Part shown: piece after piece, positions 36,822 to 48,032 of the stretch
Numbering within the stretch: the stretch's first letter is position 1
How the letters are laid out: every line of letters begins with the position of its first letter
Assembly: GCA_036785375.1 (NCBI GenBank)
Contig: JAWMAR010000104.1
Span: forward strand, 4,402,001 to 4,466,000
DNA length: 64,000 bases
Direction of reading: 5' to 3'
DNA from: Leucoraja ocellata
Taxonomy: Eukaryota
Made by a program: the position numbers and the translations under genes
Notes under the pieces: model-generated
What the model saw: only the letters and a program-made list of their open reading frames with translations
What the model was told of the DNA's origin: nothing
Database searches by the model: none

Positions 36822-36930
36822 GAAGGGGCGGGTGGATCTCTGGCAACACATCGGCTGCTTATTGGTAGACAGCGACACGATGAGCCTCAACCAATAATTG
36901 CAGCAGCCGCTCTTAAAGCGAGACTGCTCC
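36822..36930 (-). promoter_or_regulatory. Protocadherin promoter with CSE, unit 4
   Basis: GTGTCGCTGTCTACCAAT at 36878-36861, TGCAATT module, GCTTTAAGA at 36919-36911, GC box GGGGCGGG near 36825. Confidence 0.85.
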
Positions 36931-39869
36931 CACATCTTTAGGCGCAGATATAAATATTTGTGGACAACTGAAAATCCAATCTACAGCGCGTGTGGAACAA
37001 TAGTTATTTTCCTGTCCTAATTATAAAATCAGGATAACATACTGTTAAAATAACCATTCAGATATCACTCGCAATAATTCAAATGATCAGCCAAACGTCC
37101 CGCCTCAAATTTAATGTTTAAGAAAGAACTGTAGATGCTGGAAAATTTGAAGGTAGACACATTGCTGGAGAAACTCAGCGGGTGGGGCAGCGTCCATGCC
37201 TCTCATTTAACGTGAAATACGCTTCTTTAAAGTTGTTTCTGTCGAATTATTCTGCAGATTGTCCGTAACGAATGGAGGCGGGAGAAAGACAAAAACCCAT
37301 TACTTTTAACCGCAGGATATGCGCATATTTGACATTTAAAACAAAACGATTATGTGAACCGTTCGCACAACCCACCAACCAAAATCACGAAGTAACCATT
37401 TGCTAATTATGCTTGTTTAAAGTACGATAAACAATTATAACGTGAGCATAATACACCTTGGGAGATTGGGCTCTGTAGGATACCTTAGATATTGACATGA
37501 ATTCGTGGTGAATTGACGAACTATTTTCTCCTTCAGTGAATCAATAAAATAATTAATACTTCGTAAGTCCCACTGCTGTTGCTACAGAACAAAAAACAAT
37601 GTGCTTGCATAATCCACAAACATTATTTTTGTGTTCCGGTAACATTTCACTGATGTTGAATAATGGGAGTCCGAGGTAGGTAGCTGCGTAACTGGTTACG
37701 CATGATCACATTGTCTTGTACAGCAATATCTATGCTTTCTAGGCCTACTTATAATTGAGTAGCCAGTTAGAATTTAATAACAGCAGCATTTGGGATGAAA
37801 TGTCAATAAAGTTCCGCAAGGATCGCTTGTTTAAAGTAAGATACTTGTTGATGAATGTGACAGATTGAGTCATTGTGGAGTTTAATCTGTGCAAAGGATT
37901 GAAGATGATGGCTTTTGTCTTTCGCTGTTTGCCTGGAAAAACTGAAACGTACAATAAACGGTCATATCATTTAGATACAGCACTGGTGTTCAGCGAGGTA
38001 GTAAGTAAACGGAGTTTGGTGTCATTACCAACAAAAATAACTGCCAGAGGAATTAAACGGATCATGCAATAACTATGGACGGGAGTGGGGAGTCCTGAAT
38101 TGTCAACATCTCCTGTCAAGGTACTGATGCAGGACTGAGAGTGATGACGGACGATGGCTGGCAGAAAGGGGATCGAGGAGGGTGCGGCATGGGCCTGTAG
38201 GTGATAGGTGGACCGAGGAGTATTAGGGGATAGTAGGCAAAGGAGCAGGTGGGGGGACGGTGAGTGCTGGTGTTGGGAGCCAGGGGCAAGTCGATATTAG
38301 ATGTAGGCAGAGAGAGACAAAGGCAGATTGAACCCGGTGAGGAAAGTTGAGAGGAGTGCAAAGGTAGTCGTGGGGTTTGGAGGGATAAGCACTCCCAACA
38401 CAGCAACGCATGATTAAATATTGCCACACACGATTACTGTATTCCTATCGTCGTGACCAGTCACTACGCCTACTATTTGTGCATTATTTCTCGAATGAGG
38501 GCTTGCACGACCTCCTGTGGAATAAACAAACACAAGCATACTTTCAACAATAATGTTGTAAGCTAACAGTAAATAGAAGTGAATGGATTTTAGAGAAATG
38601 TTCGGAAATATGTATTTGTCTTGCGATTTTTAGATGATGACCTAACTTCGCGCTGATTGCACTTGAAAGCTAGAGGCGGAATCGGAACATCACAATAGGC
38701 TATGCTTAGTCCACGAATTCTCAACACACAATACTGTTCCATACAAGTAAACGAAAATGAATCTCTATTCCAGCTTCCAGGTGCAATCAACAGGTTAGAA
38801 CATCATAATGAAAAGTCTCCAAACCACTACAAATAAATATTTCCTGTTATCTCTGTAAAAACCCATTCATTGTATTTACTCTTAACTTGTAACAGCATTA
38901 TTGATAATATATTTGGGTGACGTTGCTGCAAAGTTCCTCATATTTGCCTCGTGAATATGAGTTGCTTTTACGTGCCCCATGATCTCTCATAGAAAAAAGA
39001 TCGGAACTTGACATTACGCTCCACTCATGCAGTAAGTGAACTGACCGTATGCCCGCCTAAGCGCAAGTCCTATTATATACATAGCATTCTCGTGCCAATT
39101 GCGAAGATCTTTGCAGCAGTCTCCAAATAAAGAATGTAATAATGGAATCATTAGGGGAAATATAAATGATCGAAATCGAGTAGATTTGTTCAAGCAGTTA
39201 CACGAACGATGTAATATAAAATGAGTGGGAACTGCTTCTTCTTGCGTATGGCGTGCACAGCCTAACGTTGTAGGACAACTTGTTCTATTTGATCTTATTT
39301 GATTGTGCACGCCGGGTTGATTCCATTCGTCGAAACGGGGCGGACCACGTGAAGGTTGCAATCTTCCACCTCAGTGGGAGCTAATGGAGCAGTTTCCAAC
39401 GCAACTACGCTGATGGCTGTAAATGTGCCATGACTATGGAGGGATCTGAAAATAAAAATGAAATTACATTCATATGACCATTATATCGTCTCAATATAAC
39501 ATGCTAACATAAACGGCATGGATTGGCAAGCAAAGAGGCTTCAATAAAGGGAATGTGGTGAGTGTTAACACCAGGAAGCCGACGATTTAGATTAACTCAA
39601 GTTTACGCAGAGTGAGAGAGGCCGGTTGGCATGACAACCAGGAAGTAACAAATCGGAAATAATTTTGCTGCAATCACTAAAATGTGGGGCAAACCCTAAT
39701 CAAACAATGTGAAAAGGTATGGAACAACCCGTCTTAAGACCTGGAGATCCCAGCGCAACCGAGAGCCATACATGCACCAACCTTGCGTAAGTCGTGTTCA
39801 GGTTACAGACAGTGAACAGAATAAGAGATTGAATGTCAAGAAATGGCGCTTGTGCAGCAAACAAATTCG

Positions 39870-40260
39870 AAGGTAGACGCAAATGCTGGAGTGACTCAGC
39901 GGGACAGGCAGCATCTCTGGAGACAAGGAATTGGTGACGTTTCGGGTCGAGACCCTTCTTCAGACTGATGTCAGGGGCGTGGGCGAGACAGAGATAGAAT
40001 GTACTCGGGGACAGTAAGACTGGTGGTAGAACTGGGAAGGGAATGGAGAGAGAGGGGAAACAAGGGCTATTTGAAGTTAGAGAAGTCAATGTTCATACCG
40101 CTGGGGTGTAAGCTACCCAAGCGGAATATGCTCCTCCAATTTACGCTAGGCCTCACTCTGACAATGGAGGAGGCCCTGGGCAGAAAGGTCAGATTGGGAA
40201 TGGGAGGAGTTAATTTGCTGAGCAACCGGTAGATCAGGTAGGTTAAGGTTAATTCGAAGG
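39870..40260 (-). mobile_element. Penelope-like element 3' end (ORF C-terminus plus terminal repeat)
   Basis: The ORF end IFRLGSLHPSGMNIDFSNFK* resembles the PLE GIY-YIG C-terminus and is followed by the terminal repeat that recurs many times in the window. Confidence 0.75.
39932..39967 (-). ncRNA. Minimal type I hammerhead ribozyme motif in a Penelope terminal repeat
   Basis: CAGT-CTGAAGA-A-GGGTCTCGACCC-GAAA-CG-TC-ACC: CUGANGA and GAAA cores, stem II, palindromic ACGT helix III and GUC cleavage triplet. One extra A after the core. Confidence 0.65.
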
Positions 40261-40273
40261 CCACTCTCATTTT

Positions 40274-41320
40274 AGACAATAGACAATAGGTGCAGGAGTA
40301 GGCCATTTGGCCGTTCGAGCCAGCACCGCCAATCACTGTAATCTACAATCAGTAACCCGTTCCTGCCTTCCCCCGTATCCCTTAACTCCGCTATCTTTAA
40401 GAGCTCTATCTAACTCTCTCTTGAAAACATCCAGATAATTGGCCTCCACTGCCTTCTGAGGCAGAGAATTCCACAGATTCACAACCTTCTGGGTGAAAAA
40501 GTTTTTCCTCATCTCCGTCCAGAATGGCCTACACTTTATTCTTAAACTGTGGCCCCTGATTCTGGACTCCCTCAACATCGGGAATATGTTTCCTGCCCCT
40601 AGCGTGTCCACTCCCTTAATAATCTTAAATGTTTCAATAAGCACCCTTTCATCCTTCTAAATTCCAGTGTATACAAGCATAGTCGCTCCATTCTCTCCAC
40701 ATATGACAGTCCGTCCATCCCGCGAATTAACCTCGTGAATCTACGCTGCACTCCCTCAAGAGCAAGGATGCCCTTCTTCAAATTTTGAGATTAAAACTGC
40801 ACGCAATACTCCAGGTGTGGTCTCACCAGGGCCGTGTACAACTGCAGAAGGACCATTTTGCTCCTATACTCAACTCCTCTTGTTATGAAGGCCAACATGT
40901 CATTAGCTTTATTCACTTGCCTGCTGTACCTGCATGCTTATTTTCAGTGACTCATGAACAAGGACCCCCCCCCCCCCCCATATCTCGTTGTACCTCACCT
41001 TTTCCCAAATACACCATTCAGATAATAATCTGCTTTCCTGTTTTTGCCAATAAAGTGGATAACCTCACATTTACCAACATTAAAGTGCATCTGCCCACTC
41101 ACCAAACCTGTCCAAGTCACTCTGCATCCTCTTAGCAACCTCCTCATAATTCGCACTGCCACCCAGCTTTATGTAATCTGCAGATTTGCTAATGTTAATT
41201 TTAATCCCTTCATCTAAATCATTAATGTATATTTAAATAGCTGCGTTCACAGCACCGAGCCTTGCGGTACCCCACTGGTCACTGCCTGCAATTCTGAAAG
41301 GGACCCGTTAATCCCTACTG
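40274..41320 (-). mobile_element. 5'-truncated CR1 LINE
   Basis: ORF2 C-terminal motifs ([18 protein letters not shown]) and TAGACAA tail at 40274. Confidence 0.9.
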
Positions 41321-42030
41321 TTTGGTACACAAAAATGCTGGAGAAACTCAGCGGGTGCAGCAGCATCTATGGAGCGAAGGAAATAGGCAACGTTTCGGGC
41401 CGAAACCCCTCTTCGGACGGATGTGATTCATGTGATGTGAATCAGACTGACCTAATTCAAGAGTTCTCCCGAGTTTCCCCTGATTCAAATATTAGACCAC
41501 TTTTAAGGAATGTCAAAACTGTAATGTGGGAAAACATTTAACCAATTTATACTGGACAAGAAATAACAATGAGATATAAGGTTGCTGTATGAGTAAATGA
41601 TTTGGGGATAAATGTTGCTCAAAGGTTAAAGTTAATATAACATGTCCATCTTTTAAGCTTTTCAAGGTTCATTTTACGCAAGCTGGGCGTCACTGGCATG
41701 ACTAACATTCTTGCCATGTCAGGTTTCACGTTATTTCAATTTCAAAGTCAGTCTTTTCTTATACATGCAAAATGAGGTCATATGGAGCATTGGACCCATG
41801 ATGTCTCCCAGGGAGCAATTCTATTAAAGACCTAAATGGTTGCAGATATTAGAATATGAAACAGCAAGTAAACTGCTGGAGGACCTCAGTGAATCGGCCA
41901 GGATCTGCGAAGGGAAATGCATAGTTGGTTTCTGATCCTTCATATAGAATGAGCGGCCACGAAGTGTTTCTGACGAAGGAATCGTGTTTGTGATAGCGAG
42001 TCTGGATAAGAACGCAGTCTGAACGCAGTC

Positions 42031-43090
42031 CGGAAGTGGCGGCGCTGTGAAACGGCTGCGGCTCCCCTGCAGTCTGTCTGTTTTTACTTCTTGTGTTGTT
42101 TTTTTTTTTTGTCTTGTTCAGTTAAATATTTGGTTATTAGGTTGTGTTATGTGTGGGTTGGGGGGGGGGGGGGGGGGGTGAAACAGGGCTTTCTGTCTCT
42201 CCCTTCGGGGGAATGCGACTTTCGTGTCGTATCCCCCTTTCCCTTCCCCCGTCTGAGCTGAGGCCTAATGGCGGAGCTGGCGGCCTCCAACCTGCGACCG
42301 ACCTCGAAGATCCGGAGGTAGAGCCAGCCACGACTTACCAACGCCAGACTGGCCTCCTTCGAGCTGTGGCGGCGTTCGGGCAGCGGCACGATTCGGCGCT
42401 CCGGTGAGGGTGGACGGCGCGGGGCTGAGACACTCCTGTGAGGGCGGCCCGGCTCCCGGCTGGAAGGCGCTCCCGTGTGGGCGGCCGGGTGCGGGGCTGG
42501 AAGGCGCTCCCGTGTGGGCGGCCCGGCTCCCGGCTGGAAGGTGCTCCCGTGAGGACGGCCCGGCTCCCGGCTGGAAGGCGCTCCCATGGGGGTGGCACGG
42601 TGCGGGGCTGAGACGCTCCCGTGTGGGCGGCCCGGTGCGGGGCGGAGACGGTGCTCCGGTGGCTGAGGCGGCGGCGACCTGAATCCGGGGCTCGGCCGCG
42701 GACCAGTGGATGACGTCGTCGGGAGTTCGCCGGTCACAGGTTGATGCCTGTTTTCCGGAGCTCCCGTGGCAACAACTGCGTCCGCTGGACTGGAGGGCGG
42801 CAGCTTCGACCACCCCCGGGCCGCGGAGCTTGAACCGCGGGACTGACTGATATCGCCCGGTGGGGTATCGCCTCAGCACAGAGGGAGAAGAGGAGGGAAG
42901 AGACAGCAACCCTAAGACTTTTGACTACATCACAGTGAGGAGGTGCTTGGTGAACTCACTGTAGTAGATGTTAATTTGTGTTTATTGTGTGTTGTTTATT
43001 ATTACATGTATGGCTGCAGGCAACGACATTTCGTTCAGACCGAAAGGTCTGAATGACAAATAAAGGATTCAATTCAAATTCAATTCAAAA
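42031..43090 (+). mobile_element. Longer copy of the GC-rich VNTR non-autonomous retroposon with Rex1/Babar-like 3' tail
   Basis: About 7 tandem 34-38 bp GC-rich units at 42404-42658, 3' hairpin at 43032-43055, TGACAAATAAAGGA then (TTCAA)n. No recognisable protein. Confidence 0.8.
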
Positions 43091-44950
43091 TAGATGAACA
43101 GGGGAACAGTACAAAATGTAGGGAACATCGTGAATAGGTTCACAGAAATCCGTGTTAGAGAAGTAGTGGAGGACATTATCAACGTGGATATACCTTGAAG
43201 AGGCTTCGCAGAAGAGTACTGAAATGAAGACACAAGAGACTGCAGTTGTCTGGAGCAATAGGCAGTCTGATTGAACAACCTAGCAGGTCGAACAGTATCT
43301 GTGGAAGAAAATGGATAGCCGATGATTCGAGTCGGGACGCTTCATCTGTATCGTGGAGCCCAGATGAAGGACCCCAACGAAACGCTGTACTAATTCCTCG
43401 GAAGGTGTTCAAACAGCTGTTCCTCCGGCAGTATGTTCATTGCTGAACAATTCTATGAGCAGTATTCCATCGTCTCCTTATTTTCTGTAGCCCTGCAGGT
43501 AAATTATGGAGTATATCCGTCAATTCCATTCTGCTCAATTTCATCCATTAATCTACACAACCTCTGATTTGCAGTTGCCACTTAACTGACCATCACATTC
43601 GTTGAGGTGTGTGTGTGTGTGTGGGGATGGGGGGGGAGGGCACATCATGTCGAGGAATGTCTCACAGATATGTCTTGCAAGTTCCCTGCAGTCGGCATTC
43701 GAATTCAGGATCGAACTTGCGACACGCAGCTGTGAGACAACATCATTGAACGCTGCGCCACCATGCGGTAATGTGGAAATTGAGCAGTTGTGAAGTCAGG
43801 ACATCTAAGGTGTAAAAACAATTCGCCATTAATGTTCAAGATAAGGGGACATTGCGAGAGTAAATTTTGCTCCCCGATTTTCCTAACTGTTTTGAGCTCA
43901 ACTCTTCGTTCAACGTTTTATTGTGTGCCCAATTTAACAATTGAAGTCAGTTGCTCTCATAGTTTGATGAATCGGATCCGAAACTATTTCCGTTGAAATA
44001 ATCTTGCTGAATTAGTCCCCTTTTCCGCTGCCTGAACCACCACCGCTACTACAGCTGGTCCCCTTCATGAAGCAATTACTGAAAATGTGTATTTTTGATA
44101 CTAGTTGAATAGTAGGTGAAGTCCAGCAGTTCTTCCATTTCAGCGTCAAAATTAAAGACTCATAGAAGCGTTAGTTTTCGGACATATTCAGTATCAACTC
44201 ATTTTCCAAATTCACTTCCAACGCATTTGGCAGAAGAGCCAAACCGCAGTTTCTAAGCTGACATCCCCCATGTGTAGAATTTAAAGACATTGTTCACATT
44301 CACAACGAATGCGAGTCTTATCAACCGATGGTATGTTTCTGAGGAGGTGGGCGAAATGACACAGGCGCCTCTTCACCCATTTTCCGATGCGTAAACAGAG
44401 CAGTGTCACAATTTTCCACGGATTTCATTCGTCAAACGATTATCACAACTCTTGCTTCAATGTTGGACTCTGCTACTGTCCACATTAATTGGCGTACGTG
44501 AACTGCTCTTGGACAGGAGGGTTCTTCTTCACAGGGCCCCTGCGAGAAACGTCACCTTTAGCTTTGTCTGGGACATAGAAGGAACAGAAAGCCATTAAAC
44601 ACAATCCATTTGGAACAATGCACTTGGCATCTCGTGTAGCCTAATATCAAGGGCAGAAGCAATTACATTAATTCCGATTTTGGGGATGTGGTTGAGTGAT
44701 GTCATATACTCAAGATTTTTTCATACACATGTTCTTTGTTATGATATAATGAGCCTCAGCACTCCTGAATTTTATTAGGATACATTGGGAAAATTGCATA
44801 TTCGGGTTTCGGTACGGATTGCGCGCCACTGCTGATGGTGCATCATTATTTATGAGATTGCTGGGATCCAGTGTTTTGGAATAACTGGCAGGCAGGTTCA
44901 TCCAGAATATTGTGTCGGAAGGAACTGCAGCTGCTGATTTACACCGAAGA

Positions 44951-45113
44951 TAGACACTAAATGCTGGAGTAATTCAGCGGGTCAGGCAGAATCCCTGGAG
45001 AAAAGGAAGAGATGACGTTTCAGGTTCGGTAGGGTCTGGACGAGAAACGACACCTATTTCTTTTCTCCAGAGATGTTGCCTGGCCCGCTGAGATACCCCA
45101 ACATTTGTGTCTA
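44951..45113. repeat. Inverted pair of Penelope terminal repeats (hairpin)
   Basis: TAGACAC..ATGCTGGAGTAATTCAGCGGG at the left is mirrored by CCCGCTGAG...CATTTGTGTCTA at the right. Confidence 0.65.
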
Positions 45114-47181
45114 CCATCCAGAGTATAAGTAGCCAACACGATCAGAAATGTAGGAAAATAATAAGGTAGAACACTTTGAAACTCCAGGTCCACTGCGGAT
45201 CATTGTTTCCATTGGAGCACCGTTTTATGTTCCTACCCTAGTTTTGTGCATTTTGTGCATTTTATAAATTAATATTAATAAGCACATCTCCTTGTGACAT
45301 ACCATTTTTCTCCATGCCTCTGATGTACTTCGCAGTATGCTGCTGATACTGTCGTCCGGTATCTTTTAATTTGTCCACACAACTACTGCTTTCTTAGCCC
45401 CAGAAAAATCGATGTCAAATGCATTACATCTGACTTCAACGTTGACTTGATCTCTTTTACCTCACCTTTGGAATATAATCGTGAATGGGGCCGTTTCACA
45501 GGGGGCTGATCCAAACTCACGTGAAATTTCGACCGCACCGGAATGGGAAGTAAATTCATATCAATGGATGTAAAGCCGTAATGGAAATTCCATTCTCACA
45601 GGAAACCAAAACTATGTTGTTAAAGTTCTGTAATAACCGACTCCGTCACTCAATAATTGTGGCCTTATTCTGAAGGGTGACAGTTGTTGGGACTCCATTA
45701 AACCATTGAATGAACCATACCTCTTCTAAAGCTGCGGTGATGTTCTTTGTCGTAAGTTCTATCAAATAATATATTTAGAGATGTTTTGCATTAATTAAAA
45801 CATATAACCCCTCTGTGACATCTGTTACATCGTATCGCCTTCTGTATAACATATCCTGACTTTTAAAATATACGGCACAGTTTTAGTTCTTAATTTTCCT
45901 TTACATTTTTACTTTCGTCATTTGATTATTAAGATAATCGTATTATGCACAAGCTCACAGCCAACGATTACCAACAACTTCAATCTTCAACCACACCATT
46001 AAAGCCAAAAGAAGGGCCATACAGCATCCAAAGAAAGCGCGTTAGCAACCAATGGGACAACTAAACGAATATTCCAGCAGTATTGCAACAAATGATGAGA
46101 TTCTGGTTGTAGCCAGAGAATTGCAAGAACCCTGCGGTTCAATTATGCTTTAGCCTGTATGATTCACAAACGGACACAAGAACCTACAGATGCTGGAATG
46201 ATGAGCAAATGTCAAAGTGCTCGAGGAACTCAGTGGGCCAGGCAGCATATGTAGAGGGAGTGGGCAGACGACATTTTGGGTCATCAGATTGAAGGGGGGT
46301 CTAGACCTGAGCTGTCACCTGTCCATTACACCCACAGATGTTGCCTGATCCGCTAAGTTGCTCCAGCGCAATGATTTAATACAGATAGTATAAAGGACAA
46401 AATCTCACGTTATAAAGCAGGTCGAATCCCAAATATTTATCGGATCTAAACCTCCTGATTACAAATAACGTTGAGATTTTTTTTGTTTAACATTATATTT
46501 CGGTCTATATACGCAGCGGTCACTGTGGCCCACGGTTTGAATTCGTCCATACTTCGCACTTTACCAAATATATTTTTATCTGTATTATTTAATGCGTAGC
46601 GAGCGCAGTAGAACACATGACGAGTGATAGAAGCAGGCACACGCGGAGTACAATCAAAGACAAGGATTACCCCGGACGCTTCCTTGGCTTGGTGCTATAG
46701 GCGATTTCGCCAATGCATGACTGTATCACCCATGTAAAAAAAATGAGTAACCTGCTAAAATTTGTACACGATTCTATAGGATCAATTACATTTAAAATTG
46801 GAACAAAATACACTGCCACATAAAGTAAAACCGTTTTGAGTGCATATCGAAGCAGGGTATTAATCCGTACCGAAATTAATGGGGATGATCTCGAATGTCC
46901 ATACTACAGTGTTCTGGAGGAGCACAGCTTGTCAGGTAATATCTGTAGAGGGAAATGGATAGATGGCTCATTGGGTAAAGGGAGGAAGCTGGTAAAGGGG
47001 GGCGATTGGAAGGGGTTGAGCGACAGCAAGACAGGGCACGTGTAGTTGGAAACCGTTTCTGTGTCTACGATAATAGGGCTCGCTCCCAAATGGAATGCTG
47101 AACACATATAGAGCAGGTCTATTAAGATTCATTAAACAAACGCATTATCAATTGAGGAAGAGAACATGGCTTGATAATGGT

Positions 47182-47235
<54 letters not shown>

Positions 47236-48032
47236 GCTTATGTAGTGCGTGGATCTGCTGTCAATAGCTCTAATGTTCGCCTTATTCAGCATAATGGTTT
47301 AATCATTTTTAGATCATTTTCTTCCTTCTTTACACTCTTCCACAATCAGTCTACATGTCTCTTAAATTATCTGCCCGCCAAATATGTTGTAGTGTTTACA
47401 CAGAGACGAAACAGATTTGCAAGTTATGTACCTGAGCGAATATTTACCTTCAGCGTGAACAGAACAAGCTTCAGACGTGTAAATACAATTTTCTAGATAA
47501 TTTATTTATGATCATTACTACTACTGACATCCACTCATTTTAACCGAAAACAAAAGGCATACGAAAGGGGATACTTTCTTGCATAATTCTCTAATAATCA
47601 TTCCCAGACTTAGATTTTGTTTTAATTTCGTTAGTCAGAGTGTGGTGAATCCGTGGAAGTAATTGTCAGAAACGGCTGTGGAGGCCAAGTCAATGGATAT
47701 TTCTATGGTGGAGAATGACAAATTCTTGATTAGAAAAGTTATGGGAAGAAAACATGGATGGGAAAGGAATGGAGGGTTATGGTCTGAGCGCAGATAGATG
47801 GGACTAGGGGGGAAATAATTGTTCGACACGGACTTGTAGGGCCGAGATGGCCTGTTTCCGCGCTGCAATCGTTATATGGTTATATGGTTAAAACAGGAAA
47901 ATGGGGTTCAGAGGTGAAGATAGATCAACCATAATTGAATGGCAGAGTATACTTGATGGACCAATTGACCTAATTCTGCCGCTAGAAAATGAACTTGAGA
48001 ACACTTGGCAAGGATTATGTTACATATCGGCG

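Noticed and set aside
42147-42909. 196-214 aa Pro/Arg/Gly-rich ORFs (also at 7600-8490)
   Set aside because: Stop-poor GC-rich VNTR open in several frames on both strands, with no domain signature.
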